Assembly (NCBI GenBank): GCA_963728205.1
Contig: CAVSIV010000001.1
Coordinates: 128,001 to 192,000 of the forward strand
Source of the DNA: an uncultured Chloroflexia bacterium
GTDB taxonomy: Bacteria > Chloroflexota > Dehalococcoidia > UBA2979
Length of the DNA stretch: 64,000 bases
Reading direction: 5' to 3'
Part shown: positions 62,434 to 64,000 of the stretch, piece after piece
Numbering within the stretch: position 1 is the first letter of the stretch
How the letters are laid out: each line of letters opens with the position of its first letter
Made by a program: the position numbers and the translations under genes
Notes under the pieces: model-generated
The model's input: the letters and a program-made list of their open reading frames with translations, nothing else
Told to the model about the DNA's origin: nothing
Databases searched by the model: none

Positions 62434-63771
62434 ATGCACATCCCCGACGGCTACATCAGCCCCGCCACCTCGGGCGCGATGTACGTCGCGGCGCTTCCGT
62501 TCTGGGCCGTCGCGACCGTCCGCGTGCGCCGGACGCTCAGCGGTCGCACCGTGCCGCTGCTCTCCATCTTCGCGGCCTTCGCCTTCGTGATCATGATGTT
62601 CAACATCCCCGTCCCCGGCGGCACCACCGCGCACGCCGTCGGCGGGACGCTCGCCGCGATCGTGCTCGGACCGTGGGCGGCCGTGATCACCACCTCCGTC
62701 GCGCTCGTGATCCAGGCGCTCTTCTTTGGCGACGGCGGCGTCACCGCCATCGGCGCGAACTGCATGTCGATGGCGATCGTGCTGCCGCTCGTCGGCTACG
62801 CCGGCTACCGGATCGTCGCCGGCCGCGCGCCGGCGCTGTCGCAGCGCCGGGTCGTCGCGGCGGCGATCGGCGGCTATGCCGGCATCACCGCCGCCGCGCT
62901 CGTCGTCGGCGTGCTGCTCGGCATCCAGCCGCTCTTCTGGTCGACGGGCGGCGTGCCCGACTACAGCCCGTACAACCTCGCGACTGCCATCCCCGCGATG
63001 CTGCTCGCGCACGCGCTCGGCGCGTCGTTCGTCGAGGCGGCGGTGACGGCGCTCGCCGTGGCGTACCTCCAGCGCAGCTACCCCGAGATCCTGCTGCGGC
63101 GCGTGCCCGCCGCGGACCCGGATGCCGCGGGGGCGGGCAGCCCGTGGCGTCCGGTCGCGCTGGTCGTCGTGGCCGCGCTGGGGATCGCGTTCGTCGCGGG
63201 GCTCGTGAAGGGCGGCGGCGACCTCGCGCGCTGGGGCGGCGTCGACTGGTCGACGGTCGACTGGACGGCGGCGGCGCAGACGGTCGCGGTGTCCGCGGTG
63301 ATCTCGGCGGTGGTGCTGCCGGCGCTCTTCGTCGCGCTGCGGCACGCCGGCGCGTGGCGGCCGCTCGCGCTGATCTTCGTCGGGCTCGTGATCTGGGCGC
63401 CGATCGGGCTGATCGCGCCGGGCGCGGCCTTCGGCGAGGAGGCGAGCGCGACCCAGGCGCAGGTCGACGCCGCGGTCGCCGCGCGCGACGCCGGCAACCC
63501 CGCGCTCTTCGACGCGCTGCCCCAGGTGAACCGCGAGTGCGCGTGCGTGCCGAAGGGCCTCGCCGGCGGGACGTACGCGAACCACGCGCTGTTCTCGGGC
63601 TACGAGGCGCCGTGGGTCTCGCGCGACGCCCCGGCGTGGCAGCAGAACCTCGGGTACCAGGCCGCGGGCGCGCTCGGCATCGCTATCCTGACGGCGCTCG
63701 GCGCGGGGCTCTGGGCCTTCGCCCGCTGGCTCGCGCCGTCGGCGCCGCCCGACTGGAGGAACGCGACCTAG
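62434..63771 (+). CDS. cbiM: ECF Co/Ni transporter S component CbiM/NikM fused to an N-like C-terminal region
   Basis: N-terminal MHIPDGY, MMFNIPVPGGTTAH, QALFFGDGG.TAIGAN; GAGG RBS. Confidence 0.9.
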   Translation: MHIPDGYISPATSGAMYVAALPFWAVATVRVRRTLSGRTVPLLSIFAAFAFVIMMFNIPVPGGTTAHAVGGTLAAIVLGPWAAVITTSVALVIQALFFGDGGVTAIGANCMSMAIVLPLVGYAGYRIVAGRAPALSQRRVVAAAIGGYAGITAAALVVGVLLGIQPLFWSTGGVPDYSPYNLATAIPAMLLAHALGASFVEAAVTALAVAYLQRSYPEILLRRVPAADPDAAGAGSPWRPVALVVVAALGIAFVAGLVKGGGDLARWGGVDWSTVDWTAAAQTVAVSAVISAVVLPALFVALRHAGAWRPLALIFVGLVIWAPIGLIAPGAAFGEEASATQAQVDAAVAARDAGNPALFDALPQVNRECACVPKGLAGGTYANHALFSGYEAPWVSRDAPAWQQNLGYQAAGALGIAILTALGAGLWAFARWLAPSAPPDWRNAT

Positions 63772-64000
63772 TGCCGAACGCGAACGCCACCGCCGCCGCC
63801 TCCGGCGCGGCCACGCGTCCCGCGCCCCGTCGCGCGCGCAAGCCCGGCTTCGTCGAGAAGTCGCTCGCCGGGCTGTCCGCCGGCATCGAGCACGCGATCT
63901 TCTCGGAGGCGCACGCGCGGCGCGACGGTTACCTCCAGCGCCGCGACCCGCGCGTGAAGCTGCTCGCGTTCGTCGTCCTCGTCACCGCCACCGCGATCTC
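63771..64000 (+). CDS. cbiQ: ECF T component CbiQ/NikQ (3'-partial)
   Basis: GTG overlaps the cbiM stop; FVEKSL....E.A...G.LQRRDPRVKL. Confidence 0.75.
   Translation, partial: MPNANATAAASGAATRPAPRRARKPGFVEKSLAGLSAGIEHAIFSEAHARRDGYLQRRDPRVKLLAFVVLVTATAI

Overview
Very GC-rich bacterial DNA. The gene repertoire suggests Chloroflexota/Dehalococcoidia-like, but that is inference only. (1) About 0.66-18.9 kb is a visibly less GC-rich anti-phage defence island with many indels. It holds a NucS-like PD-(D/E)xK nuclease, GmrSD (DUF262-DUF1524), a complete class 1 DISARM operon (drmD-drmMI-drmA-drmB-drmC) and, convergent to it, a stand-alone SRA/YDG 5mC-reader, a C5 DNA methyltransferase and Vsr. (2) Next come a TM0106-family nuclease-helicase with in-frame palindromic/MITE-like insertions and a hicA-hicB-DUF2442 cassette. 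(3) Ordinary core genes follow: MFS, amidohydrolase, MBL hydrolase, YccA, RRM protein, haem protein, ABC exporter, nadE, an ArcE/CpgS-like enzyme and a CoA-transferase. (4) An arsenic operon sits divergent from a phosphate/polyphosphate cluster: pstSCAB, a second pstB, ppx, a tandem thymidylate-kinase-like pair resembling heteromeric PPK3, sixA, CYTH-CHAD and mgtC, with Pho-box-like repeats. (5) A CarH-like B12 photoreceptor faces an unannotated 54-aa Zn-ribbon gene and a truncated ferritin-like gene. (6) The window ends with MFS, HtrA, Rieske, MarP, a Fur-family regulator and cbiM/cbiQ. Several REP/REPIN families are dispersed through the core part. I recognised no tRNA, rRNA, CRISPR array, integrase or transposase. 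Frameshifted genes were reconstructed by eye, so their coordinates are approximate.
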